DNA of 64,000 nucleotides from contig NZ_DYXC01000098.1 of assembly GCF_020742345.1 (NCBI RefSeq), positions 4,007 to 68,006 of the forward strand, in the 5' to 3' direction. Every line of letters begins with the position of its first letter. The stretch's first letter is position 1. A model generated the notes under the pieces. It was given only the letters and a program-made list of their open reading frames with translations, did no database searches and was not told the origin of the DNA. The DNA is from Enteractinococcus helveticum (lineage in GTDB: Bacteria; Actinomycetota; Actinomycetes; Actinomycetales; Micrococcaceae). Made by a program: the position numbers and the translations under genes. This document shows, one piece after another, positions 11,116 through 22,416 of this stretch.

Positions 11116-11630
11116 ACGCGCCAGCACCACTGCAGTTGCCACCCGGCTACACCCAGCGTACCTGGACGGCCGCGGATCTCACCGAGATCACCAAACTCGA
11201 TGCCCTGATCTTTGGTCCGGACGCCTGGTCCTACCAACTCTTTGAAGCCGAATACCAGGCATCCAATGCCGCCAACCCGCACACGTTCTATCAGGTCATC
11301 ACCCATAACCACGACCTTGTCGGTTTTGCCGGGATCATATTTGGCCCACCATTCGCTGACATCACCACCATCGGCATTCACCCCGACCACGTCGGCAAAA
11401 AACTCGGTGCTGCCCTGCTCATCTGGTGCATCCGCATCGCCTGCGCACTGGGCGCCAAAGACATTTTGTTAGAGGTTCGGGCCGACAACCACACCGCCCA
11501 ACGGCTTTATGCCGACAACGGATTCACTCATATCCACACCAGACCTAAGTATTATCCTGGCGGAATAGACGCCTGGATCATGCGTAAACACCTGCGCGAA
11601 CCAGAAACATCCAGCAGGACCAAGGAGTAA
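11112..11630 (+). CDS. rimI: Ribosomal protein S18 alanine N-acetyltransferase
   Basis: LEVRADN..AQRLY...GF...RPKYY; lies between tsaB and tsaD. Confidence 0.88.
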   Translation: MNAPAPLQLPPGYTQRTWTAADLTEITKLDALIFGPDAWSYQLFEAEYQASNAANPHTFYQVITHNHDLVGFAGIIFGPPFADITTIGIHPDHVGKKLGAALLIWCIRIACALGAKDILLEVRADNHTAQRLYADNGFTHIHTRPKYYPGGIDAWIMRKHLREPETSSRTKE

Positions 11631-11631
11631 C

Positions 11632-12705
11632 ATGACATCCCCGATCGTAATAGGGATCGAAACCTCGTGCGATGAAACCGGCATCGGCATCGTATCTGGG
11701 ACCACCCTGCTGGCTCACCAGGTTGCATCATCCATGGATGAACACGTGGCCTTTGGCGGGGTCATCCCCGAAATCGCCGCCCGCGCACACGTCACCGAAT
11801 TTCTACCCGTACTGGAAGCGGCCCTGGCCGAAGCCAACATCACCCTCGACGACGTTGATGCCATCGCAGTCACCGCCGGCCCCGGACTCGCCGGCGCTCT
11901 GATGGTCGGAGTTGCCGGTGCCAAAGCTCTGGCAGTAGCCACCGGCAAACCGCTCTATGGGATCAACCACCTCATTGCCCACATCGGCGTGGGCTTTCTC
12001 GACGACGTCGGCGCTGACCTCCACAACGTCAACCAACTCGGTGCGCTGCTCGTGTCCGGTGGGCACACTGAAATGTTGAAGATCAACTCGCTCACCTCCG
12101 ACGTCGAACTCCTGGGTTCCACAATCGACGACGCAGCAGGCGAGGCCTACGATAAAGTCGCCCGACTGATCGGCGCAGGATACCCCGGTGGACCGGTGAT
12201 CGACACGATGGCACGCCAGGGCAATCCCACCGCCTTCAAATTTCCCCGCGGACTCACGGCCCCCAAGTTCATGGGTAACGCCCAGGAACCCGGCAAAGAT
12301 CGATACAACTGGTCATTTTCTGGACTCAAAACCGCGGTGTCTCGTGCCGTGGAACAATTTCAACGACGCGACATGGATATTCCGGTCAACGACATCGCAG
12401 CGTCCTTCCAGGAAGCGGTGGCTGACGTCATTACGCATAAGGCAGTCTTGGCAGCAACCGAGCACGGTATCGACCACATTCTGCTGGGCGGGGGAGTTGC
12501 TGCAAATTCTCGGTTGCGCGCCTTGCTCACCGAACGCACTGCGGCCGCAGGCATTGGCTTGACCATTCCACCGATCAATCTGTGCACGGATAACGGTGCG
12601 ATGGTTGCCGCCCTGGGTGCGCAACTCGTCGCGGATGCAGTAGAACCATCGCCGATGAATTTTTCCGCTGATCCGACCCAATCGGTCAACCTGGTCAGCG
12701 TCTAA
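11632..12705 (+). CDS. tsaD: tRNA threonylcarbamoyltransferase TsaD
   Basis: [50 protein letters not shown]. Confidence 0.97.
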   Translation: MTSPIVIGIETSCDETGIGIVSGTTLLAHQVASSMDEHVAFGGVIPEIAARAHVTEFLPVLEAALAEANITLDDVDAIAVTAGPGLAGALMVGVAGAKALAVATGKPLYGINHLIAHIGVGFLDDVGADLHNVNQLGALLVSGGHTEMLKINSLTSDVELLGSTIDDAAGEAYDKVARLIGAGYPGGPVIDTMARQGNPTAFKFPRGLTAPKFMGNAQEPGKDRYNWSFSGLKTAVSRAVEQFQRRDMDIPVNDIAASFQEAVADVITHKAVLAATEHGIDHILLGGGVAANSRLRALLTERTAAAGIGLTIPPINLCTDNGAMVAALGAQLVADAVEPSPMNFSADPTQSVNLVSV

Positions 12706-12746
12706 ACCGCATACCAACTGCAAGGCTGCGAACACGGCCAAGAAGT

Positions 12747-13922
12747 TTACCAGTTGCGGATCGAACGAACGGTCTCCGCGGCAGAGCTCAACACCAGGTT
12801 TGTCGCCTGCTGCTGAGACAGTCTATCGCCGAACTTCGACTGCGTCTCAGCACGCTGTTGGGCCGCGGAGTTATCCGCGCGCAACATGTCTTCGACCCAC
12901 TGCAGCTCCTTGGCACACCCTAGATGATCGGCGATAGGTTCAAGGCGGTTTAACACCAGTTCCAGATGATCCGTCACCAACATCTCTGTGCCTGCCGTAT
13001 CGATAATAGCGATGGTGTCCAGACCATAGCGGGCTGCGCGCCACTTATTTTCTTGTACATACCAAGGGGGCAAAATATCGACGTGTTCCAGTGCATCGAC
13101 GTCGCCGCCGACAACTTCGTGTACCAAACATTGGGTCAACGCGGTAATAGCTCCCACCTGCTGCAGAGTGGACACTCCATCGCACACCCGCTGTTCGATG
13201 GTGCCGTATCGGGGTACCGGCCGGACATCCCAACGAATCTCGCTGACGTCATCAATGACCCCGACGGTGGACAACTGCTCGACGACGTTTTCGTAGTCAG
13301 CCCAGTCATAGTACTGAAACGGCAACCCGCTGGTAGGTAACTGCTGGAACAGCAATGTACGCTGTGAAGCATAGCCGGTATCGTAACCAACCCAGTATGG
13401 ACTAGAGGCACTCAGTGCCAGCATGTGTGGATAGTACTGAATAAGATAATTCAGCGCCGGCATTGCTTTGTTAATGTGGTCTAGCCCGATGTGCGCGTGT
13501 ACCCCATAGATCAGCATTTGCTGGCCCCAGTACTGGGTGCGGTCCAACAGCTTCCGGTAACGATACCCGGAGGAGACTCGTTCCTGGAACGGGTTGGCAA
13601 AAGGGTGCGTGCCTTGTGAAAACAAGGTCAGATCGTCATCTGCGATCAAATCAAGAATATGTTGTCCCGCGGTGGCCAGCTGGTCTAGTCCGTCTCCGAC
13701 CCTTTGACATACCCCGGTGACCAATTCCAATGTGTTGAGCATAAACTCGCCAACAATCTGAAATGGCGCATCCGAAGGGACATTCAGATTTGCCAAAATG
13801 TTATCGCTAACATTGCGTAACTCGCCGGTGGCACTATCGACAAGCCCAAGCTCCCATTCGATACCAACGGTCGACTGGGAAGACTTTGCAAATTCCAAAC
13901 GCACCTTGAAGCCTTTCGTCAT
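12747..13922 (-). CDS. Glutamate--cysteine ligase family 2 (YbdK-like carboxylate-amine ligase); start may be GTG 13904
   Basis: STVGIEWE, YGVHAHIG, LALSASSPYW, WDVRP, ENKWRAARYGL. Confidence 0.9.
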   Translation of the reverse strand: MTKGFKVRLEFAKSSQSTVGIEWELGLVDSATGELRNVSDNILANLNVPSDAPFQIVGEFMLNTLELVTGVCQRVGDGLDQLATAGQHILDLIADDDLTLFSQGTHPFANPFQERVSSGYRYRKLLDRTQYWGQQMLIYGVHAHIGLDHINKAMPALNYLIQYYPHMLALSASSPYWVGYDTGYASQRTLLFQQLPTSGLPFQYYDWADYENVVEQLSTVGVIDDVSEIRWDVRPVPRYGTIEQRVCDGVSTLQQVGAITALTQCLVHEVVGGDVDALEHVDILPPWYVQENKWRAARYGLDTIAIIDTAGTEMLVTDHLELVLNRLEPIADHLGCAKELQWVEDMLRADNSAAQQRAETQSKFGDRLSQQQATNLVLSSAAETVRSIRNW

Positions 13923-14268
13923 GATCTTTTCGTCAATAGTACCGGGCACCAGAGTGCGGCAAAGCTGTCGGATGTCGTGAGTCAGCCCCATATTTCCCAA
14001 TGGCTGTCCAAGTCTCATATCTGAAACAGCAAAAATGGTCTACTTCGGCTTCGGTAAGATCTGCGCACGCGTAATATTGCAGCAGAAAATTTGTCGTGCA
14101 TCGTCGGACAACAACCAACATTACCCAATTGTGTCGAGCGTTAGATCACACTTGAATGAGATCGCCAGCATGAATAACAGTCAATAACTTCCACTCAATC
14201 AAAGATATCTCATTGATTCCGAGTACTTTATTGGATTCCGGTGCCTCTTGTAGAGCTGCGCTTTTGAG

Positions 14269-14284
14269 TGTGACCTGAATAACA
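14269..14284. promoter_or_regulatory. Candidate CRP/GlxR-family binding site
   Basis: TGTGA-CCTGAA-TAACA, 9/10 match to TGTGA-N6-TCACA. Confidence 0.45.
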
Positions 14285-14333
14285 GCATCTCACCTTGCGC
14301 TAATTGACGCAGGCTGCCTAAACTGATCAATTG

Positions 14334-14352
14334 TTAGCTTAGGCGTGCCTAA
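14334..14352. promoter_or_regulatory. DtxR/IdeR iron box
   Basis: TTAGCTTAGGCGTGCCTAA, 15/19 match to TTAGGTTAGGCTAACCTAA, 52 nt upstream of an iron ABC operon. Confidence 0.8.
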
Positions 14353-14404
14353 GTGCACAAGAGTGCTAATCTGTTATTTTACTCTGTCATTTTGGAGACT
14401 GAAC

Positions 14405-15415
14405 GTGAAAAATTTTGGACTGACACGTTATCGTGTAGCCGCCCTGCTTGCGGTTGGTGCCCTCGGGCTATCCGCTTGCGGGACCGCAAATTCAGACGAT
14501 ACTGCGGAAGCTGAAAGCAATGGTGGCGACGCTGCAACTGTTGAAGTAACCGATATGGCCGGTACCACCCATACTGTTCCAACAGAACCGGAGTCGGTTA
14601 TTGCTACTGATAACCGGGTATTCCGCACCCTTGCCGAGTGGGATATTGATCTGTCTGCTGCACCAGTTGACCTGATGGCTGATGACCTACCAGTGTTAGA
14701 GAAATACACTCAGAATGAAGACATTCTCAACCTCGGAAACCACCGTGAACCAGACATGGAATTGGTCACCGCGGCTCAGCCTGACCTGGTGATCAACGGC
14801 CAGCGCTTCAGCCAGCACGCCGAAGCCATCGCTGAAGCCAGCGATGAGGGTGTCCCAATTGTCGACACCAACATCGACACTGAATCTGGTGCTATCGACC
14901 AAGAGTTCCGCGATCAAATCACTCTGCTCGGCGAAGTTTTCGGACACCAGGATGACGCCGAAACCCTGATCGCTGATTTCGACGAGGCGCTCGACCGTGC
15001 CAAAGAAGCATATGATTCTGAGGTCTCAGTAACCGGACTGGTCACCTCCGGTGGCGATATCAACTACGCCGCTCCAACCACCGGTCGCGCAATCGGCCCA
15101 CTCTATGACATTCTTGACATGACCCCGGCGCTTGAAGATGAAGGTTCAAGCGACCACCAGGGTGATGACATCTCGGTTGAAGCCATCGCCTCGGCTAACC
15201 CAGAATTCTTGATTGTTATGGACCGCGACGCTGCCGTCGGTGACGGCACCTCCGCTGGTGCCAAAGAACTCATTGAAGAATCTGAAGCACTGCAGGATGT
15301 ACCTGCGGTAGCAAACGATAATATCTACTACATGCCAGCTGATTTCTATGTAGCTGAGGACATTCAGAACTACACCACTGTCCTCAACGAACTGGCTGAT
15401 ATGTGGTCGGAATAA
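14405..15415 (+). CDS. Iron-siderophore ABC transporter substrate-binding lipoprotein
   Basis: Lipobox LSAC; GNHREPDMELV..AQPDLVINGQRF; GGAG RBS before GTG 14405. Confidence 0.9.
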   Translation: MKNFGLTRYRVAALLAVGALGLSACGTANSDDTAEAESNGGDAATVEVTDMAGTTHTVPTEPESVIATDNRVFRTLAEWDIDLSAAPVDLMADDLPVLEKYTQNEDILNLGNHREPDMELVTAAQPDLVINGQRFSQHAEAIAEASDEGVPIVDTNIDTESGAIDQEFRDQITLLGEVFGHQDDAETLIADFDEALDRAKEAYDSEVSVTGLVTSGGDINYAAPTTGRAIGPLYDILDMTPALEDEGSSDHQGDDISVEAIASANPEFLIVMDRDAAVGDGTSAGAKELIEESEALQDVPAVANDNIYYMPADFYVAEDIQNYTTVLNELADMWSE

Positions 15416-15433
15416 TATAAAAGGCTCTGCTGC

Positions 15434-16447
15434 GTGACGAAAATTTCCCAAACTCGCCCCACCGGGCTCGTGCCATCGATCGACGTATCGAAAAAACCAG
15501 GAATCTGGTCACGCACATGGCCGTTGCTGATCGGGCTGATGGTTACCATCAGCCTGGTCATAGCATCATTATTTATCGGGGTTTATGATCTGAACTCCGA
15601 GGGCGGACGCGAGATGTTCTTTATCACTCGCGTCCCCCGCACCCTTGCCCTGATACTCTCCGGGGCATCCATGGCGGTCGTCGGACTGATTATGCAGTTA
15701 ATGACCCAAAACCGGTTCGTGGAACCCTCCACCACCGGGACCATTGAATGGGCCGGACTCGGCCTCATCCTGGCCTATATCTTCGTTCCGCAGCCCTCGC
15801 TGTTGCTGCGTATGGTCATCGCGATAGTTTTTGCCCTGGTCGGGACCTTAATCTTCTTCGCTTTCTTACAGCGCGTGGCCCTGAAATCCTCGCTGGTTGT
15901 ACCAATCGTGGGGCTCATGTTAGGCGCAGTCGTCGGGTCGGTATCAACATTTGTTGCCCTACAGACCGATATGCTGCAAAATCTCGGCATCTGGTTTGCT
16001 GGTTCCTTTACCGGAGTCACCCGAGGACGATATGAGCTGCTATGGATCGTGGCGATCACCACGATCATCGTTTACTTTATTGCCGATCGATTCACCGTTG
16101 CCGGACTGGGCGAGGAAATCGCCACCTCGGTTGGATTGAACTATCGCACAGTGATGATCGTGGGTATTTCGATCATCGCCGTGACCACCGGCGTTGTCTC
16201 AGTGGTTGTGGGCTCACTGCCATTTTTAGGATTAGTCGTTCCCAACATCGTGTCAATGTTTCGAGGCGATAACTTACGCACAAACCTGCCCTGGGTCGTG
16301 ATGGTGGGCATCGTGGTGATTACGCTGACCGACATCATCGGCCGAACGATCATTATGCCTTTTGAAGTTCCTGTGTCGATGATTCTGGGAGTACTCGGTG
16401 CTACCGTATTCGTCTTCCTCATCGTTAGAAGGGGGCGTCGTGGCTAG
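15434..16447 (+). CDS. Iron-siderophore ABC permease (FecCD family)
   Basis: TRVPRTLA, QNRFVEPSTTG, GLGEEIA, PFLGLVVP. Confidence 0.92.
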   Translation: MTKISQTRPTGLVPSIDVSKKPGIWSRTWPLLIGLMVTISLVIASLFIGVYDLNSEGGREMFFITRVPRTLALILSGASMAVVGLIMQLMTQNRFVEPSTTGTIEWAGLGLILAYIFVPQPSLLLRMVIAIVFALVGTLIFFAFLQRVALKSSLVVPIVGLMLGAVVGSVSTFVALQTDMLQNLGIWFAGSFTGVTRGRYELLWIVAITTIIVYFIADRFTVAGLGEEIATSVGLNYRTVMIVGISIIAVTTGVVSVVVGSLPFLGLVVPNIVSMFRGDNLRTNLPWVVMVGIVVITLTDIIGRTIIMPFEVPVSMILGVLGATVFVFLIVRRGRRG

Positions 16448-17465
16448 CACAACCGCTATAACTGTTGATCGCACTTCAAATTTTGTCAATACCAAACACC
16501 ACCGCCGGTGGCTGTTTTCACTCATCGGCTTGATTATTGCCGCCATTGGGTTGACGATCGCCACAATCGTTTACGGAAACCCCATGCCATTTGGCAGTAC
16601 AGGATTCTGGAAGATCGCCGAATCCCGTGTGGTCTCGGTTGTGGTTATTGCAGTGGTCGCGCTAGCCCATTCATTTGCTACCGTCGCATTCCACACCGTC
16701 ACGGCAAACCGGATTGTCACCCCTTCGATCCTTGGATTCGAGGCACTGTATGGCCTGATCAATACGGCCGCAGTGTTCTTTTTCGGTGCCGTCGGTGCAA
16801 CCCTGACCCGCGGGATTGTCTCCTACTTCTTCCAGGTCGTAGTTATGGTCGCCTTTGCCACGTTGCTTTACACCTGGCTGCTGGGATCAAAATTCACTAA
16901 CGTACACACCATGCTGCTGGTCGGGGTGGTGATGGGAGCTGGACTGGCATCGCTGACCACATTCATGCAGCGTATGCTTGACCCCAACGAATTCGACATC
17001 CTCACCGCCCGACTGATGGGCAACATTTCCAATGCCAGCACCGAATACTTACCGTATGCGGTGCCAGTCGTTGGGATTGTGGCTATTTGGTTGGGACTGA
17101 ATTCTCGGCGTCTGGATGCACTGTCTTTGGGCTCGGCCGTCTCAACCAACCTGGGTTTGACGCACCGCAGAGAGTTGGTCAAAGTACTCATCGCGGTGTC
17201 CATTCTTATGGCCATGACCACCTCGCTGGTCGGCCCCATGACCTTCCTGGGCTTCTTGGTCGCAACGATGGCCTATTCGATCGCTGACACCTACAGCCAT
17301 AAAGCAGTGTTTCCGCTGGCGTTTCTGCTCGGGTATGTTCTGCTGACTGGCGCATATTTTGTCTTGCGGCACATTTTTTACGCCCAGGGTGCGGTTACCA
17401 TCATCGTTGAGTTGATCGGTGGGCTAGTATTTCTTATCGTCATCATGCGGAAGGGGCGGCTATGA
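16440..17465 (+). CDS. Iron-siderophore ABC permease (FecCD family)
   Basis: FHTVTANRIVTPSILG, LDALSLG, LVGPMTFLG. Confidence 0.9.
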   Translation: MASTTAITVDRTSNFVNTKHHRRWLFSLIGLIIAAIGLTIATIVYGNPMPFGSTGFWKIAESRVVSVVVIAVVALAHSFATVAFHTVTANRIVTPSILGFEALYGLINTAAVFFFGAVGATLTRGIVSYFFQVVVMVAFATLLYTWLLGSKFTNVHTMLLVGVVMGAGLASLTTFMQRMLDPNEFDILTARLMGNISNASTEYLPYAVPVVGIVAIWLGLNSRRLDALSLGSAVSTNLGLTHRRELVKVLIAVSILMAMTTSLVGPMTFLGFLVATMAYSIADTYSHKAVFPLAFLLGYVLLTGAYFVLRHIFYAQGAVTIIVELIGGLVFLIVIMRKGRL

Positions 17466-18217
17466 TTACCCTGGAAAACGTTACAAAAACCTATGGAACC
17501 GAAACCACCATCGGACCTATCAGCGTGGAGATCCCGTCCGGGGGCATTACCTCGTTGGTCGGCCCCAACGGTGCAGGAAAATCCACGGTATTGACGATGA
17601 TGGGTCGCCTCCTGAACCCGGATACTGGACGCATCACCGTTGGTGGGTTGGATGTGGCCAAAGCCAGATCCAACGACGTCGCCAAGAAACTGGCTATTCT
17701 GCGTCAGGAAAACCACTTCGTCACTCGACTCACCGTCCGTCAGCTAATCGGTTTTGGCCGCTACCCGCATTCGCGTGGACGTCTCACAGTCGAAGACGAG
17801 CGCCACATCAATGAGGCCCTAGATTTCTTAAACCTTGGGGCGCTGCAGGACAGATATTTAGATGAACTCTCCGGCGGACAGCGACAGCGGGCTTATGTTG
17901 CGATGGTGCTGGCACAAGACACTGAATATGTGTTCTTAGACGAACCGCTAAATAACCTGGATATGAGCCACTCGGTACAGATGATGCGCCAGTTGCGTGC
18001 CGCAGCCGATGAGCTGGGTCGCACCGTGATCGTCGTGATGCACGACATTAACTTCGCGTCCCGGTACTCAGACAATATCTTGGCCATGAATGACGGCCAG
18101 GTCACGCATTTCGACACGTGTGCAGACACCATGAAGTCCTCGGTTCTGACCGAAATTTTCGGCACCTCGGTGCGTATTATCGACGACGTCGATGGACCAC
18201 TTGCCGTCTACTTCTAA
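17462..18217 (+). CDS. Iron-siderophore ABC ATP-binding protein
   Basis: GPNGAGKS, LSGGQRQR, LDEPLNNLD, HDINFA. Confidence 0.95.
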   Translation: MITLENVTKTYGTETTIGPISVEIPSGGITSLVGPNGAGKSTVLTMMGRLLNPDTGRITVGGLDVAKARSNDVAKKLAILRQENHFVTRLTVRQLIGFGRYPHSRGRLTVEDERHINEALDFLNLGALQDRYLDELSGGQRQRAYVAMVLAQDTEYVFLDEPLNNLDMSHSVQMMRQLRAAADELGRTVIVVMHDINFASRYSDNILAMNDGQVTHFDTCADTMKSSVLTEIFGTSVRIIDDVDGPLAVYF

Positions 18218-18255
18218 TCGCGCGTGACGTCATGGCATCAGTAACACTTCTTTGC

Positions 18256-19182
18256 CTACGGGACGATCATCACGGTTCCGCGCGCATGCGATAGTGTGGT
18301 TCGAGAAACCGACCCCAGCAAAAGACTGGCGAAGCCGCCATGACCACGCGTGCCCAGTACGGTCAGCTGGGCGCGTTGTGTGCAATCGATCATGGCCTCG
18401 GCCGGCAGTTTCCGCTCGACCACCGGTGATATCTCGACCCCGGGAACCTCGTGTTGCAAGACCTGCACTTCGGCCATCAACGAGCTCATCATGTCCTCGT
18501 GAATCTGTTGTTCCATTTTCTCGTTGGACGCCAAATACCAGACGGTCGAGGTGCCTGTGAAATGGGGTTGAGCCTGGATCAGTTCCAGCGTGACGCCCAG
18601 CCGCTTGGCCTCCTGGGCGGCCACCAGTGCTGCATTACGAGCGAGGTCGGAACCATCTACCCCCACCGCAACCGGCCGGGTATCCGGAGTGGTTGCGATG
18701 CCCTTGGTTTCTGCTTCATCACCGGAGTCTGCACTGTAGACGATCACGGTGGGGCAATGTGCGTGAGCGGGCAAGGCTGAAGCAACCGAACCCAGTACAC
18801 TACCCCAGAATTTGCCCAGGCCACGGCGACCCACCACAATGAGTTGGGCATCGGCAGATAATTTGACCAACCAATCGGTTGCATCCCCGATCAGTGCTCG
18901 ATAAGAGACCTCACCCGGGTAACGCTGCTCTGCTAGCAGTTTCTCAGCCTCAGCGAGTTTGTCTTCGGCCAGCCGGCGAGCCGGATCTTCGACCTGGGCG
19001 CCGGACATGCTGCGAATGTAATCGCTATATGGAAACACAAATGCTGAGGCGACCGTCAACGGTGCATTGCGCAAGGCAGCTGTTTGAGCAGCCCAGTACA
19101 GTGCATCAATGGCATGGGGTGAACCGTCGAATCCAACGACGACGCCCGGGTTCTTGTGCTCAGATGATGATGGGATGCTCAT
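18256..19182 (-). CDS. Tandem-domain universal stress protein
   Basis: Two USP domains (VVGFDGS...VGRRGLG..LGSV; VGVDGS...GTRGHGG..LGSVS); GGAGG RBS. Confidence 0.92.
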   Translation of the reverse strand: MSIPSSSEHKNPGVVVGFDGSPHAIDALYWAAQTAALRNAPLTVASAFVFPYSDYIRSMSGAQVEDPARRLAEDKLAEAEKLLAEQRYPGEVSYRALIGDATDWLVKLSADAQLIVVGRRGLGKFWGSVLGSVASALPAHAHCPTVIVYSADSGDEAETKGIATTPDTRPVAVGVDGSDLARNAALVAAQEAKRLGVTLELIQAQPHFTGTSTVWYLASNEKMEQQIHEDMMSSLMAEVQVLQHEVPGVEISPVVERKLPAEAMIDCTQRAQLTVLGTRGHGGFASLLLGSVSRTTLSHARGTVMIVP

Positions 19183-19268
19183 GCCGAAGACCTCCATGAC
19201 TAGGATCGTGATTGCTTCCATGGTAGACCACGGCGTCATACCACGCATCACAACGACCATGGGGTGCG

Positions 19269-20561
19269 TTAGATTGGTTGGACAACCATTGCATATCGGG
19301 CATCGCCGACACGTGTCAGCACCAGGGTCAGGTGTTCACCGGATGCCGGTTTTTTGGTATTGCGTCCCTGCATCAGTGTGCGTCGCAACTCTTCCGGTGA
19401 GACATCGACGCCACGCTTTTTAATATCGAGCCGAGTGACATTGTGTTCTTTGACGTACCCACGCAATGTCTTGATCTTATAGGGCAGCACTTCGATGATC
19501 CGATAGCCGGTGGCAAACGGCGTCTCCTGATACACATCAGAACAGAAATAGGCGATGTGCTCATCGAGTTGCCGTCCGGCGGCAGCATTGGTTGGATCGT
19601 CGTTCATAAAGCGTTCCACCATCAGGTCGGTGACCAGTCCGGAACGAATTACTGCGCCGTTGGGTTCATAGAGATACCCGGTGGCGCCGGCGATTCCAGT
19701 AACCGGAACCTGTGGGGAGCTACCAAAATTGGTTGACGACGTGAGCTCTGCGGCACCGGAGGCGTCAATGACCAGTGCTGCCCGGCGAATATCGGAACGT
19801 TGGGCCAGGTTGAACCACAACACGGCTTCGACCACGCTGCCGTGTAAGGAAACCCACTGGGCTTCAGCAGTGTCAGGAATGACGTTGTGCGCCAGAGCCG
19901 GACCGAGTTTAACCCCCAACGGGTAGCCGGCGTCGGCCAGTTCCTCAACGAAGGACAGGGGAGGGGAGAACGCCTCGGGATCAAAAATCCGCACGGTGCC
20001 CGACGAGAGGGTCTCACGACGTGCCGGATCCAGCCAGTAACCGCGAGCGGTTCCTTCGGCGGCGGGGTGGTCGGTAACCCATTGCATCGCATCAGCAACT
20101 TCGACACTGGCATGTGGGAACGGCATGAGGTTGATCGTGGTTGCTGCGGCGGTGGTCTCATCAATTTCGACGGCGGTTACGGCAATGTCCAATCCGGCGA
20201 TGGCCAGCGAATCTGCTCCCAGCCCCGAACCCAGGTCGATAACCTCATCGACTCCGGCACGAGCAAAACGCCGTGCATGATGTGCGGCAACTTGTAACGA
20301 GGTGGCCTGTTGTAGACCGGCGTCGGTAAAGAGCATCTGTTCAACGAAGGGCCCAAATTTTGCGGCAGCTTGAGTCCGTAATTTCAGTTGTGTCAACACT
20401 GAATTCACGATGGGTGGCGCATAACCCTGGCCACGAAGTCGTTCAGCAAGCGCGAGCGTATCAGCGCTGGCATACTCACCGCTGCGCCATAACTCGTTGA
20501 GTAGCTTAAACCCCTTCGGGGTCAGGACGCCGGCAAGTTCAGAAGCAGTTGAATCAGACAC
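19269..20561 (-). CDS. SAM-dependent methyltransferase with C-terminal THUMP-like domain
   Basis: LQQAT, DLGSGLGADS, LDPARR, VKLGP, DIKKRGVDVSPEELR; usual neighbour of groES in actinobacteria. Confidence 0.85.
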   Translation of the reverse strand: MSDSTASELAGVLTPKGFKLLNELWRSGEYASADTLALAERLRGQGYAPPIVNSVLTQLKLRTQAAAKFGPFVEQMLFTDAGLQQATSLQVAAHHARRFARAGVDEVIDLGSGLGADSLAIAGLDIAVTAVEIDETTAAATTINLMPFPHASVEVADAMQWVTDHPAAEGTARGYWLDPARRETLSSGTVRIFDPEAFSPPLSFVEELADAGYPLGVKLGPALAHNVIPDTAEAQWVSLHGSVVEAVLWFNLAQRSDIRRAALVIDASGAAELTSSTNFGSSPQVPVTGIAGATGYLYEPNGAVIRSGLVTDLMVERFMNDDPTNAAAGRQLDEHIAYFCSDVYQETPFATGYRIIEVLPYKIKTLRGYVKEHNVTRLDIKKRGVDVSPEELRRTLMQGRNTKKPASGEHLTLVLTRVGDARYAMVVQPI

Positions 20562-20582
20562 AACCTCCAGCGTACCCGGTTC

Positions 20583-21844
20583 TTAGCGGCCGGGTGTATC
20601 CACGAAGTGGCGCCGTCGGGCGATGATCTTGGCCAATAGTGCACCCGGACGACGCTGGGCTAACGGCAAGACCCGATAGCCCGCGCTCAAGGCCACAAAC
20701 GCTAACAGCGCTGCGATCAGACTGGCCCAAAATGGTCCCGGTGCGCCCCAGAGGGCAAGACACGGGGCAGAAACCAGCGGGAAGATCGCGCCACCAAAGA
20801 ATCGAAATGCAGAAAACGCTGACGACGAAATATGCCGTGGCAGCTCCGTGGCGTTCAGGGCCCCTTCGGTAAAGATCGTATTGGCTGCGCCTTGGACGCC
20901 ACCTAAGAAAATGATGCCGATGATGACGACCGTCAAATTGTGTGTATTCAGTGCCAGAACCACAAAGCCCACGGCTATCATCGTCAGGGTGATCAGGATA
21001 GCGGGGAGCATACCGAGGTATTTGATCATCGGTGCCGGCAGGGTCAACGAAAAGATCGCCAGTGCGGTACCCCAGCCGAAGAATACGGCGCCCAGCATCA
21101 ACGACGAGTGCCCGACCCCGGATGCTTGCGCGGCAGTGGCCACGGCGTGCGGGGCATAGGCCAGTAGACATATGATCGTAAAGTTGCCCATGAACGAGGC
21201 GGTTGACCACAACAACAGTGGCTTCATACTCAGGGCTCGCAAGCCTGCTGTCACCGGGGCCGCGGAGGTTTTTGGTAGCGGCTTGACGAATACCAGGACG
21301 GTGGTGGCCGCGATCGTCATCAGCACTGCGGTGCCCAGAAATGGGGCACGCCAGGAAATGGTCCCCAGTGTGCCCCTACCAGTGGGCCAAGCGCCATCCC
21401 GAACCCAACGGCTGCCTCATATAAAATGATCGCCGGGGCAGACCCGCCGGACGATGCGCCAACAATTCCGGCCAGTGCCATCGTGACGAATAAGGCGTTG
21501 CCGAACCCCCAGCCAGCACGCAGTCCGATGACCTGCCCGATGGTGTCAGAGAGTCCGGCCATGCTGGCAAAGACCACGATGATGATTAACCCGGTGACCA
21601 GGGTGGTTCGAATACCGAGGCGTGCCGAGATCGCTGCGGCAAAGAACATCGTGCAGGCGGTGACAAATAAATAGGAGGTGAACAGCAGCATGGATTCCAG
21701 GGCTGTGGCGTCCAGGGAATCAGCAATTGTCGGCAGAATCGGAGACACCAACCCAATGCCGACAAACGAGACGGCTGTTGCAAAGGTGATAGCCCAGACG
21801 CTGGCGGGCTGGTGGATCAAGCGGCCAGTGGTCGCACTGGACAT
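20583..21844 (-). pseudogene. MFS transporter, frameshifted (or sequencing indel)
   Basis: ORFs 21320-21844 and 20583-21326 join into one MFS protein if one G is added to the G4 run at 21373-21376, giving GPLVGGTLGTISWRAPF. Confidence 0.8.
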
Positions 21845-21867
21845 GACTAATCAGCTGCTTTCGACAA

Positions 21868-22368
21868 TTAGGCGTTCCCTGTCAGATCATTGGCCAAGGT
21901 CTCTAGTAACTCCACGGCATGCTCAATGACGGCATAGTCGGCTGCGGAGAAGTTTTCTAGCATCGGTTGCAGGACCGTGGCTACCTGGCTGCGATACTCA
22001 TCCAACATGTGCTGCCCCTGATCGGTGAGCTCGACCAGTTGGGCTCGCGCATCGGCTGGATCGGGTGCACGTACGACCAAGCCGCCATCCGCCAACCGGT
22101 TAACCGCAGAAGTCATCGCCGGCTGCGAAATGGATTCATAACTTGCCATGTGTGAGATCCGCTGTGGTCCGTGGCGTTCGATATAGCCCAGCGCTCGCAT
22201 TGAGACCGCAGAAATTTCAATGTTGGCTACCTGGGTGACAACTCGGGCAAAACGTGACGAGGCTGAGACGATTTGATTAGCCAGCGGCCGCTGATCGGCT
22301 GAGGTGCCCTGCTGTTGTTCGGTGTGATGATTTGCGTCAGGCTGGTCCGCGTCATCAGAAGAATGCAT
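21868..22368 (-). CDS. MarR-family transcriptional regulator
   Basis: ISQPAMTSAVNRLADGGLVVRAPDPADARAQLVELTDQG winged HTH. Confidence 0.9.
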   Translation of the reverse strand: MHSSDDADQPDANHHTEQQQGTSADQRPLANQIVSASSRFARVVTQVANIEISAVSMRALGYIERHGPQRISHMASYESISQPAMTSAVNRLADGGLVVRAPDPADARAQLVELTDQGQHMLDEYRSQVATVLQPMLENFSAADYAVIEHAVELLETLANDLTGNA

Positions 22369-22374
22369 AAATAG

Positions 22375-22404
22375 ATTATATAAATGTTTTATACATATTT
22401 GCAA
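22375..22404 (-). promoter_or_regulatory. Leaderless marR promoter with overlapping palindromic operator
   Basis: TTGCAA-N18-TATAAT-N6-ATG; palindrome TATAAA-TGT-TTTATA at 22379-22393. Confidence 0.7.
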
Positions 22405-22416
22405 GCGTCGAAGAAA

